A stretch of DNA of 62,182 nucleotides, the filler included, from a bacterium (GTDB lineage Bacteria; JBDRGX01): assembly GCA_043817485.1 (NCBI GenBank). It is 8 parts of 8 records of this genome, joined end to end, with 100 filler letters (N's around TTAATTAATTAA, not from the genome) between each part and the next. Parts side by side here need not be neighbours in the genome. Positions count along the whole stretch, not along the records: positions 58,981 to 62,182 come from JBDRGX010000034.1; 7 more parts are not named here. One strand, written 5' to 3'. The position numbers and the translations under genes were made by a program. Of this stretch, positions 61,298-62,182 are shown in pieces; position 1 is the first letter of the stretch; each line of letters begins with the position of its first letter. The notes under the pieces are model-generated. The model saw nothing but the letters and a program-made list of their open reading frames with translations. It had not been told where the DNA came from and searched no databases.

Positions 61298-62065
61298 ATG
61301 ATACTAGTAGACGTACACGCACACCTAGATTGGAAGGATTTTGAGAATGAATTAGATGAAATTATCAAAAGGGCTGAAAATGCCGGTGTTAAAGCAATAA
61401 TAACGGCTGGTGTGGATATGAAATCTAACAGAAAAGCATTAGATATTGCAGAGAAATATGACATTGTAAAAGCTGCAATTGGTTTATATCCACCAGATGC
61501 GTTAAGTAGAGAAACAAACTCTGATATTAATGAAAATGTTGATGAAGAATTAAAATTTATTGAGACTAATAAAGATAAAATTATTGCAATCGGCGAAATT
61601 GGATTAGATTTTTTATCTGAGAAATCAGATTTAAAGTTTCAAATGGAAACCTTTGTTAAGCAATTAAAATTAGCCAAAAAATTAAATTTGCCAGTTATTG
61701 TTCATTCTAGAAAAGCTGAAGCAGATGTTATAAATATTTTAGAAAAAGAGAACATGAAAAAAGTAGTTATGCATTGTTTTTGTGGAAAAAAAAGATTAAT
61801 AAAAAAAGCTATTGAAATGGGGTGGTATTTTTCTATTCCTACAAATGTTGTAAAAAGTCAACAATTTCAAGATATGGTTGAAATGATTCCATTACAACAA
61901 CTTTTGACAGAAACAGATGCGCCTTTTTTATCTCCATATCAAGGATTGAAGAATGAACCTGCTTTTATTTCAGAAGCTATTAAAAAAATTGCATTTATAA
62001 AAAAAATAGAACAAGAGGAATTAGCTAATATTATCTTTAATAACTTTCAAAGATTATTTCTTTAA
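61298..62065 (+). CDS. tatD: TatD family nuclease
   Basis: DVHAHL, IGEIGLD, VHSRKAE, MHCF, TETDAPFL; start moved to ATG 61298. Confidence 0.92.
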   Translation: MILVDVHAHLDWKDFENELDEIIKRAENAGVKAIITAGVDMKSNRKALDIAEKYDIVKAAIGLYPPDALSRETNSDINENVDEELKFIETNKDKIIAIGEIGLDFLSEKSDLKFQMETFVKQLKLAKKLNLPVIVHSRKAEADVINILEKENMKKVVMHCFCGKKRLIKKAIEMGWYFSIPTNVVKSQQFQDMVEMIPLQQLLTETDAPFLSPYQGLKNEPAFISEAIKKIAFIKKIEQEELANIIFNNFQRLFL

Positions 62066-62182
62066 TTTAAACAACAGAATTCTATCCATCTATTAATTAA
62101 TTAATTAATGGTTCTTGACATTTTTTAGTTTTTTTTCTTAGTTTTTATTTTTATGTTTTTTCTTGTGCTCAAATAATTTTCT

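Noticed and set aside
2408-61464. Short antisense or overlapping ORFs in the track (e.g. 2408-2638, 5464-5658, 6211-6414, 26944-27213, 32259-32612, 39460-39699, 54225-54485, 61270-61464)
   Set aside because: Shadow frames of well-supported genes, with no motifs or RBS.
62093-62108. (TTAA)4 run resembling the linker
   Set aside because: No flanking Ns; plausible by chance in very AT-rich DNA.
1-62182. CRISPR array, rRNA, or integrase at the tRNA
   Set aside because: No regularly spaced 25-45 nt direct repeats, no cas genes, no rRNA-like segment, and no integrase or tRNA 3' duplication next to tRNA-Gln.

Overview
The window is not contiguous. It is eight contigs joined by seven artificial 100-nt spacers (N44-TTAATTAATTAA-N44), so gene adjacency across a spacer means nothing. 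Six contigs (1-19199, 19300-35252, 35353-39976, 40077-45180, 45281-53406, 56144-58880) look like one very AT-rich, diderm, probably anaerobic bacterium, likely from an uncultured lineage. They carry housekeeping genes (purL, gatC, scpA, rfbA, ftsQ, thiE, trmD/rplS, nadE, accC, mqnC/ubiE, dprA, valS, cbiB, cobT, tRNA-Gln), mostly separated from their usual operon partners. Notable bacterial items: (i) a YeiH / PstS-like / multi-kinase / diguanylate cyclase signalling block whose kinase has a 7-Cys module inserted in its HAMP domain, preceded by a decayed copy of downstream sequence; (ii) an Agl-Glt (gliding-motor-like) cluster with a giant TPR protein, a CglF/GltF-like protein, ExbB, two ExbD and an AgmX/PglI-type TonB protein; (iii) a secreted protein ending in a SWGxIK tail, a candidate sorting signal; (iv) an unannotated 32-aa histone-H1-like microprotein gene; (v) a divergent DnaB-like paralog and a pseudo-phosphoesterase. 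Contig 53507-56043 is not bacterial: it encodes an A32-type packaging ATPase, a poxvirus-A22-like resolvase and a myristoylation-motif membrane protein, which points to a small eukaryotic Nucleocytoviricota/Polinton-related virus or an endogenous viral element. Contig 58981-62182 has archaeal BRE-TATA promoters and is probably an archaeal (DPANN-like) contaminant. All family assignments come from motif recognition by eye; no database search was run.
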